A stretch of 64,000 bases of DNA from Dicyema japonicum (Eukaryota > Animalia > Dicyemida). Shown one piece after another: positions 1 to 12,679 of this stretch. A program made the translations under genes and the position numbers. The stretch's first letter is position 1; the number at the start of each line of letters is the position of its first letter. The notes under the pieces are model-generated. The model was not told the DNA's origin, made no database searches, and saw only the letters and a program-made list of their open reading frames with translations. The stretch spans positions 671,909 to 735,908 of the forward strand of contig RDEW01000032.1 in NCBI GenBank assembly GCA_011109175.1, given 5' to 3'.

Positions 1-899
1 CAAAATGGTAATGATTAGAGGGACTGGCTTCACAACCCTGGGCTCTTAACTTATACTCTTTATTTGTTTTCTTTTCAAAAAAATACTGCTATAGTCATCA
101 TTCTACTTCCATAGAAGGCATAGCTATGCTCACAGTCAATCCAGGAAAGGTTTATTCCGAGGTATCTTACCTACTGAAATCGTGTTCAGTCATGGATGAG
201 CATTCCTGGTCGTCCTACGTATTGAGCTGCTTCTTAAACCCTTAATAAAAAAACTTGGTCGGATTTTGCAATCTCATAAACCTCTCATTACTCAGTTAAC
301 CAAATAGTGAATCGGTGGAGACTTACCTATGTTTGTGAAATTTCTTCATTTTGTTATAATTGCCTAAGTTTGAATATCATCTACACAGAATTTGGATGAC
401 CCTGACCATTTCGATGGCGTAGAGCAAGGACGACAGCAAAAGACATCATCATAAGGGTACATTTTGTTACTCTTTGAAAGGAAGAGGTTCGCTTTGTCTG
501 ATAGCTCCTACCATTTATCCAATTCACCTCTTAAGTGGGGGATCTGTGATAACCAATGATTTGACTAGAAAATGTTGAACTTCTCACGCTGTCTATGGTG
601 ATTTCGCGGATTTATTGCTTTCAAGGTAAATTTTAGATACCATTTCATAGTGCTGAATAACCAAATATATAAGCATAGTGAGATTAAAGGATTTATTCAA
701 GCTCTCCAGTGACGTCATACTGGAGGATGCTCAAAATCAAATCATGATCCCCCATTGGATATTTGGTATAGGATCTGTTTCGTTCAGTTTCTTTACTTTC
801 CGTGTTCCACCAGAGTGGCCTCATGTGGTTGTCTCAAGTGTATCGTGGTGTCACGAAAATCATCTACTTTCTATCAGGTTCCACGACTCAAAGGACTGC

Positions 900-1190
900 A
901 AGTTTTAATCTCTCTACAGGTATAGGATGATCTTATGAAGGTTGAATTCGTTAAATTTATCATAATTTGTCGGGAGGTGAGGATCCTGACCTCTATTGCA
1001 CGAAATATCCACATAGCTTCAGTATGGATAACGCCTTGTTTTTTCTGTGAGCATGGACGAGGTGACGAACTCTGGAGTCTTTGAAAACCCCAAGTTCTGA
1101 ACAAAGGAAGTGTTAGTTGTACTCGGATCATGTTTCGAATCTGACCAGGCCAAAATTGAGATGACTGGAGGATCACAAGGCGGAAGCCAC
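900..1190 (-). repeat. Decayed dispersed repeat, paralogous to about 17470-17700 (+)
   Basis: Translations share L.LFRTW.FQRL...PR.C..K (ORF 874-1194 minus vs ORF 17503-17691 plus); family not identified. Confidence 0.5.
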
Positions 1191-1559
1191 ACATGTAGGA
1201 TTAGTAAACCAAATCAGTCTACTTAAAACCCTTCCCCCGGAAATTTGATGTAAGTTTCAAATGCGAATGTGTTGGTGGAGGTGATGTTCCACGCTAGAAG
1301 TATATCCCCCGGGAACATGTTTAAAATCCTATTTGAGCATAATCGGCCTCTCCGGTTTGTCCTTTCTGCTTTATAAACGATTATTTTTGTCCGTCTTCGA
1401 GTTATGCACCACACCCCCTTGGTTGCAACTTTCTCTTAACCTCCTTTTCCTTTACATGAGAGGACTGGGAGTAAACAAGAACAAAGCTCTAATATGACCA
1501 AAATAAAAAGCGGGAAAATTGTTAGAACCTGCAAGTTTGAGGTGGAGGAACGGATTCAG

Positions 1560-2100
1560 AAAGAAAAATATAAGACGATTATTAAAGGAGAGAGGGTGCT
1601 GGCCTTCCAGGCCTCATGGTAAACTCAAGTAAAATATCATGAAAACAAGCGAACAGCTTTGATTTGAATCTTTAACTTCTCCACACACTATCCATATATA
1701 TTTCTTTTATTGGACTATAGGAAATTTTCCAAATTTTTGACAGGAATCCACCCCTTAAACAATTTCTTAACATTTGAAATGCTTTGCTGGTAGAAAACCT
1801 CTCATTAAAAGTGTCAGCACTCAATTGGCAGCCACCACGAATCTTGCCTTGGAACAACCAACAACTTTACTCGTCAACTGGCACTTGTCATTGTGACAAA
1901 CACTGGCGATCACTGTCCTCAGGAGTATTAGATGGTCAGGAATAAGCCGTTGTGGTCTACCGCTAACCCCAGATGGTTATGCAGCCCAGGAGCAAAATGT
2001 CCTACTTCTGATCGTGTATTTTCTTTCATCAAATCATTAGGAAGGGTACCAGGATTTGTTTACGTACTTGAGAAAACAGACATACAGTCAACCACAGGAG
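1560..2100 (-). mobile_element. Possible Merlin/IS1595-like transposase relic
   Basis: Broken minus-strand peptides PVVD, VDE, YMDSVWRS and LLEF..R occur in Merlin-like order; many stops and frameshifts. Confidence 0.3.
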
Positions 2101-2103
2101 ACA

Positions 2104-3497
2104 TTTATTTATTTAAACACCCCAAGACCACTTATTATTATTATTTAACCCAAGAACACCAATAGTTAATTTAATTGTATTAAACTAATTAGGTGATCCC
2201 AGCCGCCTCCATCAGGTCTCTCATCTTTTTCCGGTGGAACTTCTGAGATCCAACACAGCTTCTTTGAGGACGGGAAGGTTTTGAAAGAAATACAAGAGGG
2301 GTGATGTAAAGTCTTCTAGTAAGACCCAATCCATTAGAGCATTGTAAGAAGTTGGATTTTCGGCACAGAGCGGCGAATCCCTTCCCATTTTGTCAGATAA
2401 GGTCTTCCAGAGAGGTGGGTGAGACTGACTGTTTTCACGAGCTTGCCGATAGTTGTAGCTGATAGGGACTGAATATCATTGGTTTTCTGTTTGTTCGTCC
2501 AGGATAGGTTGATTCCCCAAGACGCACAGGCGTAGCTGATAGATGGCTCAATGAATTGTTTATGTAGTAGTTTCAATGCTGGGAAAGGGGTTCTGATGCC
2601 ACCAAAAATAGATTTGATCAAACCAAGCTTTCTTGAGCAGGTTTCGGAGATATATTCGACATGAGGGGAGAAGGTCATGTGCGTGTCAAAGGAGACTCCT
2701 AAGATTTTCAATTTCTTCGTAAAAGGTATTTTAGTTTGGTTGATAAATGAATCAACGGTCATTCTTCCAAGACGTTTGTCTGAGGTAAATAGGGATGTGG
2801 AGGACTTCTCAGGAGATATATCAAGTCTGTTGGAGATTAACCTATTTTGAATCACGTAGTTGTTTTTGAACTTTTTCTGAGGCATTTAGGAGATCCTGGT
2901 CACGGGATCCAATTAGAATGTTATCAGCATAAGGAAGGAGAAGATCGTCTTTATCAACTGATCGTGGCAAATCGGACATAAAAATGTTGAATAAGGCGGG
3001 GGACAAAGAAGAGCCTTGCGGAACATCATTGGGAAGTAGTCTCGAAAGTGATTTGGTCCCATCCATACAAACCCGCGCCCTTCTCCCGCTGAGGAAATTC
3101 GAAAGCCAGAGTTTTAGTTTGGGGTTAATTGAGAGTCCAAATAATTTCCTGGTTAAGATTTTCCTGGAGACAGAGTCAAAGGCTTTACGCAGATCTACAG
3201 AGCAGACGATGGTTTTGAGGTGACGAGAACTTGAGTTGAAGCCATCAAGGATAAATTGATTGAGAGAAGTAAGGTGGGTGGACGTTGAATAGAAATTTCT
3301 GAAGCCATGTTGAGAGGAACTGAAGGAAAGGGACGGGGAAATGAGATCAAGTACCAGTTTTTCCAATAATTTTGAAAATGAACATAATAGAGAAATTGGT
3401 CGGTATGAAGCGGGATTGTTTTTGTCCTTGCCAGGTTTTGGTATTGGGCGTATGTGGGAAAGTTTCCAAATCGTAGGGATGGAATTCATGTCCAAAG
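2104..3497 (-). mobile_element. 5'-truncated LINE (APE-type), RT and C-terminus, frameshifted
   Basis: PIPKPGK, SYRPISLL, QHGFR, DLRKAFD, VPQGSSLSP, YADN and ILGVSFD motifs; 3' tail gggatcacctaattag followed by (TAAA)n at about 2104-2200. Confidence 0.92.
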
Positions 3498-3609
3498 AAA
3501 ATTAAATTAAATATTAAATAAAATATGTAATATGACTTAATATTTAAAATTATAATTATTTTAATTTATTAAAAAAGTAAATAAATTAACTTTGGAAAAG
3601 AATTAAATT

Positions 3610-3615
3610 CACGTG
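3610..3615. promoter_or_regulatory. E-box CACGTG starting 41 nt upstream of the RRP5 ATG
   Basis: TCACGTGT in an otherwise very AT-rich proximal promoter. Confidence 0.4.
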
Positions 3616-3650
3616 TTTATGTATGTCTAAGTGATATAAAAGTTTAGTCC

Positions 3651-6600
3651 ATGAAGTCTAAGATACCCGCTCTAGAAGTAAACTGTACAGTAATTTGTGT
3701 TGTCTCCAATGTGAACGAATGTGAAATATTCGTTGATCTACCAAACAATTGCAAAGGAATTATTCCTGTTGATGCAATTTCGGATATTTATACCAAAAAG
3801 ATGTCTGAACTTTTTCAAGATGGTTGTCCACAGAAAATCATCGGTCTATCAAGTCTGTTCAGTCCAGGGGATGTTTTGAGAGGGAAAATAACTGAACTAT
3901 CCCAAAATATCTTCAAACTTACGATCAATCCGCGTGAGATTAACGGAGATCTCCAACTACACCACGGAATGGTGGGGACTTATAATTATTGCAGGTAATC
4001 CAAGGAATGGTGATAAACGACAACTACGTTGACATCGGTTTCACCCACGTGATTGGATTGTTAAAATCTAAAATGCGTATTTTTTTCGTTGATTCAAGTC
4101 ACTGAATTCGCGTTCCGTGAATTCCGCGTTTTGTTGTCATCAGGGTTTGAGAAAGTCAACGAGAACATATCCACTGTGAATGTGGAGATTGCTTATTACG
4201 GAAAGGTATTATTTTCAGCGATCATAGAACGTTTTTAATGTTCCTTCGTCCTACCCAGTTCAGGCTGGTATGATTGTCAGATTCAAGCAAAGAGAAGACG
4301 CATGTGTCGAGTTTGGAGGAAGGAAGGGAATCCTGGTGGATGCCAGACTCAAATCTGAGGTAATTATGCGGAAATATATTAGAAACTTGCCCGAGTGCTT
4401 TATGAGGTAAATTCTCGTTATGTTCTGACTGCTGCAACACACTGGGTTAAATATACTCCCAATATTGCGAAAGATTGGACATTTAAGTGTAAAGATCTCA
4501 GTATAAGCGTTTGCGTGAATCAAACGGAGAATTTACTTACGGAAGGTGTGAGGACTACGATGTAGATGTCTTTTTTGATGAGGGGAAGGGTACTGTTGGG
4601 GACATCGTGAGGTTGTGCACTATTTAACTTCAGATGTAAGTTTAAAGGAGCAAATTTTTTCGATAAGTGTTGGCACGTGACTCTGGAACAATTGAAGACT
4701 GGGAGTGTCGTCAAAGTACTGCGTATATTTATTTAGGCTGTGGTAGCATCGATATCTCCCTCGTGCGTTTGTGTGGATGTGAAGAATGCTAGTGGGATTA
4801 TTTATAGCAAATATCTGGAGAAAGGGAACTACACTGTTGGAAGTGAGATTGACTGCAAGGTGAGTAGACTACTAAGATTAGGTGTGGAGTGTAGACCCTG
4901 TGCTTTTATTGTGCAATAAACGAGAGCTGATAGAGACTGAACTGCCTCAGTCATTCGAATCAATGAAGATTGGGGACATTTATAGAGGGCTTGTCGTTTC
5001 CCATAAATCAGTTAGCTTAGGAGGAAGTGTTCGGGTTGTACTGTTTTTTAACGCAAAGGGGATTTTGCTTGATAGTGAGTGTAGTATAGGCGATGTGGTG
5101 GATTGCACTGTTGTGGAAAACAAGGGGAGATTAAAGTTTCTAAATGTTTGTCTTATTGGTCTATTTTTAGACTAAATACGAGGATCCCCTCGATTGGAGT
5201 CGCTTTACTGTGGGAATGGTATTCTGGGTGTTTATTGTAGTTTGTGGATGTTCAGATTGTGCATAAATATGAGACTGACTTGGTTGCCAGGATAACTGGG
5301 ACCTATTTATTTGTGCGACTCCCAATGAGACACCTTAGTGACTGTGTGGAAGCCTGCCTTCTTATTTATAAGGGCAGTAAGCCGGGGGATGTCTTAACTG
5401 GGTGTAGGATATTCAAACTTGGGAATAACCCAGTAGCTTTGTTTTTACTAGTTAGATTGTCTCACGTAAACCCTCATTCTTGAGTCAGAGTTATATTACC
5501 ACCAAATTTGATGACTTCCACGTTATCTTATTATTTACCCCTTTCTAGATTTCCCAGCTTTATACAGGCTATGTTGCAAATATAAAGTCTTTTGGCGTGT
5601 TCGTAGAATTTCCTGGGGGGTTTGCTGGGTTGTCTCCACCACAGGTTTGCCCGCCAATTTATTCTAGAAATTGGGTAACCATACTCCAAACGAATTTCAA
5701 AACTCATTTAAACTGGGTCAGAGAGTGAGGGCTATTGTGGTGGATACTCAAATTGAGAATGAACGGCTTCTCCTTAACCTTAGAATGACGGACTGCTGCT
5801 ATGTTGCTGACGACATTCAAATCGAGAGTTTGGTGGATTCTGCTGCCCAGTTCTGTGTTGCCTGTTCTTCCCATAAAAGTTTATTTCCGCTTATTGTAGT
5901 TACTGCCAAAGACGGGACAATCGTGTCCTCACAGATCGGATTGATCGTTGGAGCTAAGGTGAGAAAGAACATGGAGACTGGAGTTTTCTACTGCAGGATT
6001 GCAAAGGGATTCTACGGGTATTTAGTCGATGGCCCAGAAGTGGAGGGAATCTCTGAGGTCGTCATGGTAGGTTATGACATCGCAAAGTCCCTGGTTATGA
6101 TCAGTTCTGACAAGAGGCTCATATCTGGTATTAGAAGGGGCATGAAGGTTGTCGTTGTGCTTATTCAGTTGTGTGCTGACCAAATTGTGCAGGCTAGAGT
6201 GCTCTCAATTTTGTATGATTTCGCTATTCTCGCCATAACAACCGATAAAATGTCGACTATTGGGTTTATTTCGACGAAAAAGTGTTGGAATGACTTTTTC
6301 TCGGAAACTGAATTTATTCCTGGACAGAAGTTTGTGGCTGTGGTCAAAAGGTTGAAGTATTGGTGACTGTAGAGTTTCGGAGGATGGTCACTTTGGATAC
6401 TGCTTGTCGAAAGGGAGAAGTGTGAGTAGTGTAAAAAGACCAATTAAGGTGGGATCTCATTATCCGGCCACGTAAGCTGTGGTTTGATGAATAGAGTGAA
6501 ATCAGTGGAGAGGAGACAGCTTGTTGTTAGCGTGAAGGGGCATCTAGGGAGAGTCCATATTACGCAGATTAGCGAATTCTGTTCCCTGGTAAGCTGCTAT

Positions 6601-8499
6601 ATCTATTTCAGGGCAAAAATCCACTCTCTGACTATCGAGTGAACCAAAAAGTGAAGGTTACTGTGGTTTCAATGCATTCAAAGTGCTTCAGGAGATTGTA
6701 ACGTTATGTGTTCATTTGTAGGAAGTATTCCCTTCAGAGTAATCAGTCAAACTGTGAGCTGATTGAGTGTAGTATGCGACAATGGTATTGATTGGTCTAA
6801 TAGCAGCTTTGAGGATGACTTTAAGCAGGGACAGTGTGTTGATGCTTTCCTTGACAAATATGACGGGCGACACACAATGAAAGTTTTAATATCGCCCAAA
6901 ATACCCGCTAAAATGGATTTATTGCAATGTTCAAAAAATATAAATGTTTATTTTATTTTTATTAAAGATTGTAAATAATCCAAATTCGTTTTTTCCCTAC
7001 AAGTGTTTCCGAGCATTCATCATTGGAAGGTCAGATAATTGTGTAGAGTTATCTGTCATATCAAGTGTGTTTTAGCTTATTTGTAGATAATCTGGAGTTT
7101 CAGCTTCAGCCTGGTCAGAAAGTGATAGGACGGATTGTCAAATGGAATGATGAAAAGTCAGCCTGGTCTGTTCTTTTGCCCAACAACACAATCTCTTTTT
7201 CAAATGGAAAGTATAGACAAGGAGAATATGTCCAATTTTGCTATGGAGGAGATAATCTTCTGTCTATTAAGGCTTGTGGCAGGTCTGATGTTAATGAGAG
7301 GTTTAGTGAGTCTGTTAAAAGAAAAAAGAGTGCTATAATCAAGGTTCGCGTTTTCCCCTATTTGTAGGAAACTAAACGGCCAATTAAACAGCCTGTTGTC
7401 CCCGAGTTTGAGTGGGACGAGGATATTGTGAGTGAAAAGGAGGAGACAGAGGAAGAATTGGATCCTTTTGCAGCTCCTGATGAGGAAGAGTACACAAAGA
7501 AGTGTGAAATTAAACGAAGATCCGCAAAAAGTGAGGGCAGGAGGGCCATTGACGTGAGAGCGGTTCGATTATCTGAAATATTTTTTAGACAGAAAAGAAG
7601 TTGATCGATGATGGATACCGACAGCCAGAGACCTATGATGACTTTGAGAGGATTGTTTGTGCCTCTCCCTCAAGCTCAATTGCTTGGATGAGATACATTG
7701 CCTTTCATTTAGAAAACTCTGATCTACAGAATGCACGTGCTGTGGGAAGGCGAGCTCTCAAGTCGATATCCCCAAGGTGAAGACTTATAGTGATTCCAGT
7801 GATGAGCAGGAGTACTTCAACGTTTGGGTGGGAATTTTGAATATGGAGAATATGTACGGGACCGAGACATTCGATTCGTCAGTAGCTGAAGCAGCTCAGT
7901 TGAATGATCCAGTGAAAATATTTTTACAGGCGGCCTCAATAATGAGCAATGCGGGGAAGACTAAGGTTCAGTCTGACGATCATTGCAGGAGGCTGAGGCT
8001 TACTATTTCAAAGCTCTTAAAAAGTCATCGAATTCTGACTTGGGAGTTTGGCTCGATTTGGTTTCTTTCTACTACAAAAATGGACTTTTCGATAGCGGAA
8101 GGAAGCTCATCTATAGGTCTGCAAATTCTGTTACCTCAAAACAACGTTGTATTTGTTCTGATTGTAGATGTTGAGATTATGAAGAGATCAGCTCACCATG
8201 AATATAAGTTTGGGGACTCTGAGAAGGGGAAGAGTATGTTTGAGAGTCTTATAGCGACATATCCTCGACGGACTGATATTTGGTCGATCTTTGTGGACGT
8301 TCTGATAGTAGCAGGACAGATTGAGGGTGCCAGAGATGTACTGAATCGATCAATTAGTCTAAACCTTAACCCAAAGAAGATGCAGCCTTTGTTCAAGAAG
8401 TTCATTGAGTTTGAGAAGCTGCATGGGGATGAAGGGAAGGTCAATTACGTCAAAATGAAGGCTTCTGAGTTTATTGATGTTAAAAAACTGAAATTGTGA
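3651..8499 (+). CDS. PDCD11: rRNA biogenesis protein Rrp5 (S1 repeats plus C-terminal HAT/TPR), many tiny introns
   Basis: S1 repeats (GYVANIKSFGVFVEFPGG); HAT region PSSSIAWMRYIAF, FNVWVGILNMENMYG, EYKFGDSEKGKSMFE..YPRRTDIWS, FKKFIEFEKLHGD; frames joined by GT-AG introns such as 3972-3994, 4077-4098, 4206-4227, 4860-4881; internal exon boundaries partly uncertain. Confidence 0.93.
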
Positions 8500-8659
8500 T
8501 TTTATAAATTTAAAATATTAATTTTTGAAATTTCTGTGGTGGTTTGTGTTGAAAAATTTAAATTTATAAATTTAACAGTAAACTGTCTCAAATCTGCCAT
8601 TTTTGGTCAAATTTCACTCAATTTATTAGGGAAAATTAAGCTGCTAGTAGCAGCCGGAT

Positions 8660-9060
8660 TTACTTTTTTCTGGAACCCGTCTGTCTCGACAGAGGTGATT
8701 GCAAGAGACAGGGTGGCGTGGCAACCATTCCATGGAACCAGGGAGGTGTCTTACTTATGATTCAACGTTCATAGACACTTTTTCTAATGGGAATTTGCTT
8801 AAGTTATCGTTGCACGCGAGTAAAGCAGCGAGCACTTCTGAATATTCGAAAAGGAAGTACCACGATATCTTGCACCGCTTCGTGTAACGGCCGATCTCCG
8901 TCGAGACGTATGGCGAAATATGTCTGATTTTATCAGGTTAATCGGACGGCTTGGAGAAGCTGAAGGGTGAACCTAGAATGACGCGATGACTTATCAAGAA
9001 CATTAAACTCGCGATTGTGTGAGGTAACTCTCATTGATTGCTCAATGCCTGCAGGCCATA
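8660..9060 (+). mobile_element. CRE-like retrotransposon relic (RLE endonuclease region)
   Basis: EP..LDRGD.KR, YDSTFIDTF, K..KY, VETYG, AIV.GNS; homologous to the C-terminus of the 49532-52072 ORF. Confidence 0.7.
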
Positions 9061-9102
9061 ATGGGGACCTGTCATAACAACTTCACTTTATGTGGATAAA
9101 TA

Positions 9103-9310
9103 AAGTGTGGTGTCATGTGATCCACCTGTCTCAGGTGGCACCCAGTGCCAGATTAGCACGAAAAAGGATCATTTCCTCTCCCCCACTCAACTGGATGGGT
9201 TCCCACAACTGTAAGGAATGGAGGTGTTTAATGCTGGTTCCGGATGTACTTGTGTGAAGTTAAAGGACTGTTTATGTAACAGTGGAAACTAGATACACTT
9301 AATTAGTTTT
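9103..9310 (+). mobile_element. SINE-like retroposon copy 1 (pseudoknot core plus LINE-derived tail, no 5' leader)
   Basis: Aligns with reverse complements of 54102-54343 and 52892-53052; ends in gatacacttaattagtt like the local LINE 3' ends. Confidence 0.8.
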
Positions 9311-10970
9311 ATTTATTTTTTTAATAACCCCGGGAACACCGAGAAAGAAAGACAAAAGAGTCAAACAGTTAGGTGATCCCAGTCCTCGCAATCAATTGTG
9401 CCATTCGACGTCTGTGATCTTCGATCGTCCCCACTACTTTCCGGAAGAGTCTTCTCTCGGTCTTGCAGAGGAATCCGATCGGAAAGGGGAATTTCTTATC
9501 CAATCGGTTTTCCCTTGTCAAGGAAAGGATCAGGCGAAGCGGATTTTTATCTTCCTCACAGACGCGAAGAAATCCGGAGCCACGACTACGGATCTTAGCT
9601 TCCATGAGTAGTGGGTCGACTGTTGATCTATTACGTGGGCAAAGCATACTGATTGTTTTCCGGTATATCGAGTTGATTCTTTGGACCATAGACTCCGATA
9701 GCGCGAATCTCCATGCAACGGAGGCATACTCAACGGCAGGCTCGATTGTTTGTTGGTAGAGGGTAGAAACTGAAAAGTCCATGTTCCTCGTGGTCCTCTG
9801 GACAACGGCGCGTAAAACGTTAATTTTCTGTAGGCCCCTGGCAATCATGTCTTTAGCGTTGGAGTCGAAATTGAGTGGATTGTCGTACTTGACTCCAAGG
9901 ATAGTGGGGGACCTTGTCACTGGAATCCGAGTGGGACCAATGAAGATACTCGGTTCATCCTTAGAACGACGGTCCGAAGTGAAAGTGGAACAGATGGACT
10001 TGGCTGCAGAAATCGTAAGTCGATTGCCAACAATCCAATCGTGGAGAGTGTTCAATTTTGTGAAAGTGGAGACCCCTGGGGTACTCCGTTCGGTAGTAAT
10101 CGTGATCTAGATCTGAGATCACCACTGACTACTCTTCCACGTCTTCCAGACAAAAAGTTGGCCAGCCATAATTTTACATTCGGACGATATTTTTCCAACA
10201 AGGATTTTCCTCGAAACAGTGTCAAAGGCTTTGTTGATGTCAATAGAAACCAAGATTGTGCGTTTGTGAGGCGGAGGATGGGTGTTAAAACCGTCGGCAA
10301 TGAACTACGATAAGGTTGCCAAGTATGACCTACCGCGGAGGAAACCATGTTGAAATATAGGACGTGGAAGATACGGAATAATGACTGATAATACAAGTTT
10401 CTCCATAATTTTTGACAGTGTGCTGGTAACGGAAATAGGCCTGTAGGAAGCAGGTTCTGTCTCTGGTTTCCCAGCCTTCAATATCGGTCTGATGATAGAA
10501 TTCTTCCAAATCTGGAATAATATTATAGTTAATGGACAGGTTGTATATATGCGTGAGGTAGCCAATTGCGTAGTGGCTTAGGTGTTTTAGGTGAATAGAA
10601 GATACTTTGTCAGGCCCGCACGCCCGTGAGCTCTTTAATCTGGTGATCACATTTAAGAGTTGGTCATCTGTGAATAGTTCGTGATAAGTTTCCTTCTTCT
10701 GTTTATGGGCACGCACTTTAATGTCCAGGTGTTTCGAGAATGGTTTGAAGCTAATTCCAGCGTAATGTTTCATAAGGGTGTTAGGATGTAGGTGGCATAA
10801 GTGTTCAGGAGAAAACTTTCCGGTTCCGTCTGCATCATCCAGCTCCGACTTGACTTGTTTAAGAGTTTTCCAGAAATGTCGGGATGTACTTTTCCTGTCG
10901 AGGTGGTTAACTAGATGCTCTTGTCCTTGTGTTCTTTTATGCTTTGACAGATCCTTTTATTTAGTTGTCT
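9311..10970 (-). mobile_element. LINE RT region and 3' end, frameshifted, tail-to-tail with SINE copy 1
   Basis: ACGPDKV, SYRPISV, FQHGF, NGVPQGSPLS, ILGVKYD; ends RTGIT-stop followed by a tctcggtgttcccggggtta tail. Confidence 0.9.
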
Positions 10971-10984
10971 GAGGGCTGTCAAAG

Positions 10985-11800
10985 ACTTCAGGTCCAACAA
11001 GGCCTTCGATAGCGTGTGGCATGAAGCCCTCCTGTCAAGGTTTGTGGCTGCGGATATTCCAAAACAACTTCTCATATGGTTAAAAGACTTCCTAACGGAA
11101 CGGACTTTTCATGTGCGCATTGGGAAATTTGTATCCGGAGACGTTCCACTAAAGAGGGGTGTACCGCAGGGCTCTGTCCTGAGCCCCCTAGTGTTCAACA
11201 TCTTTTATCTGTCGTACCCTAACTCTAAACTATTGATATACGCGGACGACATCTACTCATAGATATGTCTGGGAAGTCGACGCTCTCCGAAAGAAAACTA
11301 AGGATATATATTGACCGTGTGCAAGACTGGTGTGTCCGGAGAGGGATGAAACTCTCAACAAGAAGTCAAACTTTATGAGAATCATCCGTTTACGAAGCCG
11401 TCATGTACAGCCTTATACGCTAGGAATTCCAAGAGTTCGCTCGCTTCGCTATCTGGGTGTAGTAATCGACCAGGAAGGCTCATTTCTGGAGGACATCAAG
11501 CTGAGGAGGAAAAAGGCGCTCCAAGCGCTCCCCTGCACACGCAAGATGACCGTCAGTACAGAGACCTTCCTTCGTATTTTCATGAGAATAATCCTACTGA
11601 AACTGTTAATGGATGCGATGTCTAAGCGAAGATGAAAACAAGCTGTTAAAACTGATTAGCAGGATTGTGGAGGATCGAATTAATGGTTTCAGGAGGAGAT
11701 CAAAAATCTAGGACACGTATATAGAGGTGTGGAGTCCAAGCCTTATGGTAGGACTCAGATGTAGTACCCTCCAGAAAATTCCTTAACTCTTGTTAATAAA
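10985..11800 (+). mobile_element. LINE RT fragment of a second family
   Basis: KAFDSVWHEALL, RGVPQGSVLSP, YADD, RYLGVVID. Confidence 0.85.
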
Positions 11801-12045
11801 TCGTGACGGTCAATAATACTTAATGACTTTTTTGGTAATGAATTACTCAATACTACTCTAAATGTATCAGTATTTTTTTCTGACGCTATTTGTGAACTTC
11901 AAATTCACATATAAGTCGAGAAAATTGCTTAAACATCAGTTGTGGGATGTTTAATTTAGAGAGTTTGCTGGTCATGATGGCACGGTCGGACACAATGGTG
12001 ATGTGGGTAAGAGGAATTCGGTTTATAAGAGTGTTGATTAGATTA

Positions 12046-12679
12046 CACTCAATCCCATAAATGTTGACCCAATTCCCACCCCACTTTATTTAACAAACAA
12101 TATATATTATACTAATTAAATAATTTAGGAAAAAAGTATTTTATTCAATTAATCTGTTATTAATTCCATTTACCCTTTCCCAAAAACTGTTGTAATATGA
12201 GGACAAATTTTCGGATTCGAGACCACTCATAACAAATCCGATATTTGTTAGCAATTCTCCTCTTACAGTTGCTCTTGGTCTAATTACATTTAGGCGAGAT
12301 TTCACACAAGAAAAAAAGTTTTCAATTGGGTTTAGGTCAGGTGAATAAGGGGGTAAATAAACATTTGTAACACTTTTCCTAATAAAGAAGTCTTTAATTT
12401 CATCACAATGATGAAATCTAACATTATCCATCACAACAACAGGAGAATTTGTAAATATCCCCTTTTCATCACATTGATTTATAAAGTCTTTTAATTTGAT
12501 TAAATAGACTTTCGTTCATAAAAACCTTGCGACTTCTCATATCTGTATTAGTTGATACCATAATAGGGGAAATTATAATATATATTTACTCGTGTATTAT
12601 ATATATATAACTTGGACATCATTTACGGGAATTGGGTCATCATTTATGGGAATTGGGTCATCATTTATGGGATTGAGTG
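12046..12679 (-). mobile_element. Internally deleted Tc1/mariner-IS630 (DD34E) element
   Basis: 32-bp TIRs (cactcaatcccataaatgttgacccaattccc at 12046, inverse at 12648-12679, one mismatch); TA on both sides; MDNVRFH...LPPYSPDLNPIE with 34 residues between D and E. Confidence 0.93.

Noticed and set aside
9161-9175. AAGGATCATTT resembling the U3 snoRNA box A or the 18S rRNA 3' end
   Set aside because: The match is too short, no other U3 or rRNA features are present, and it is explained as the P2' strand.
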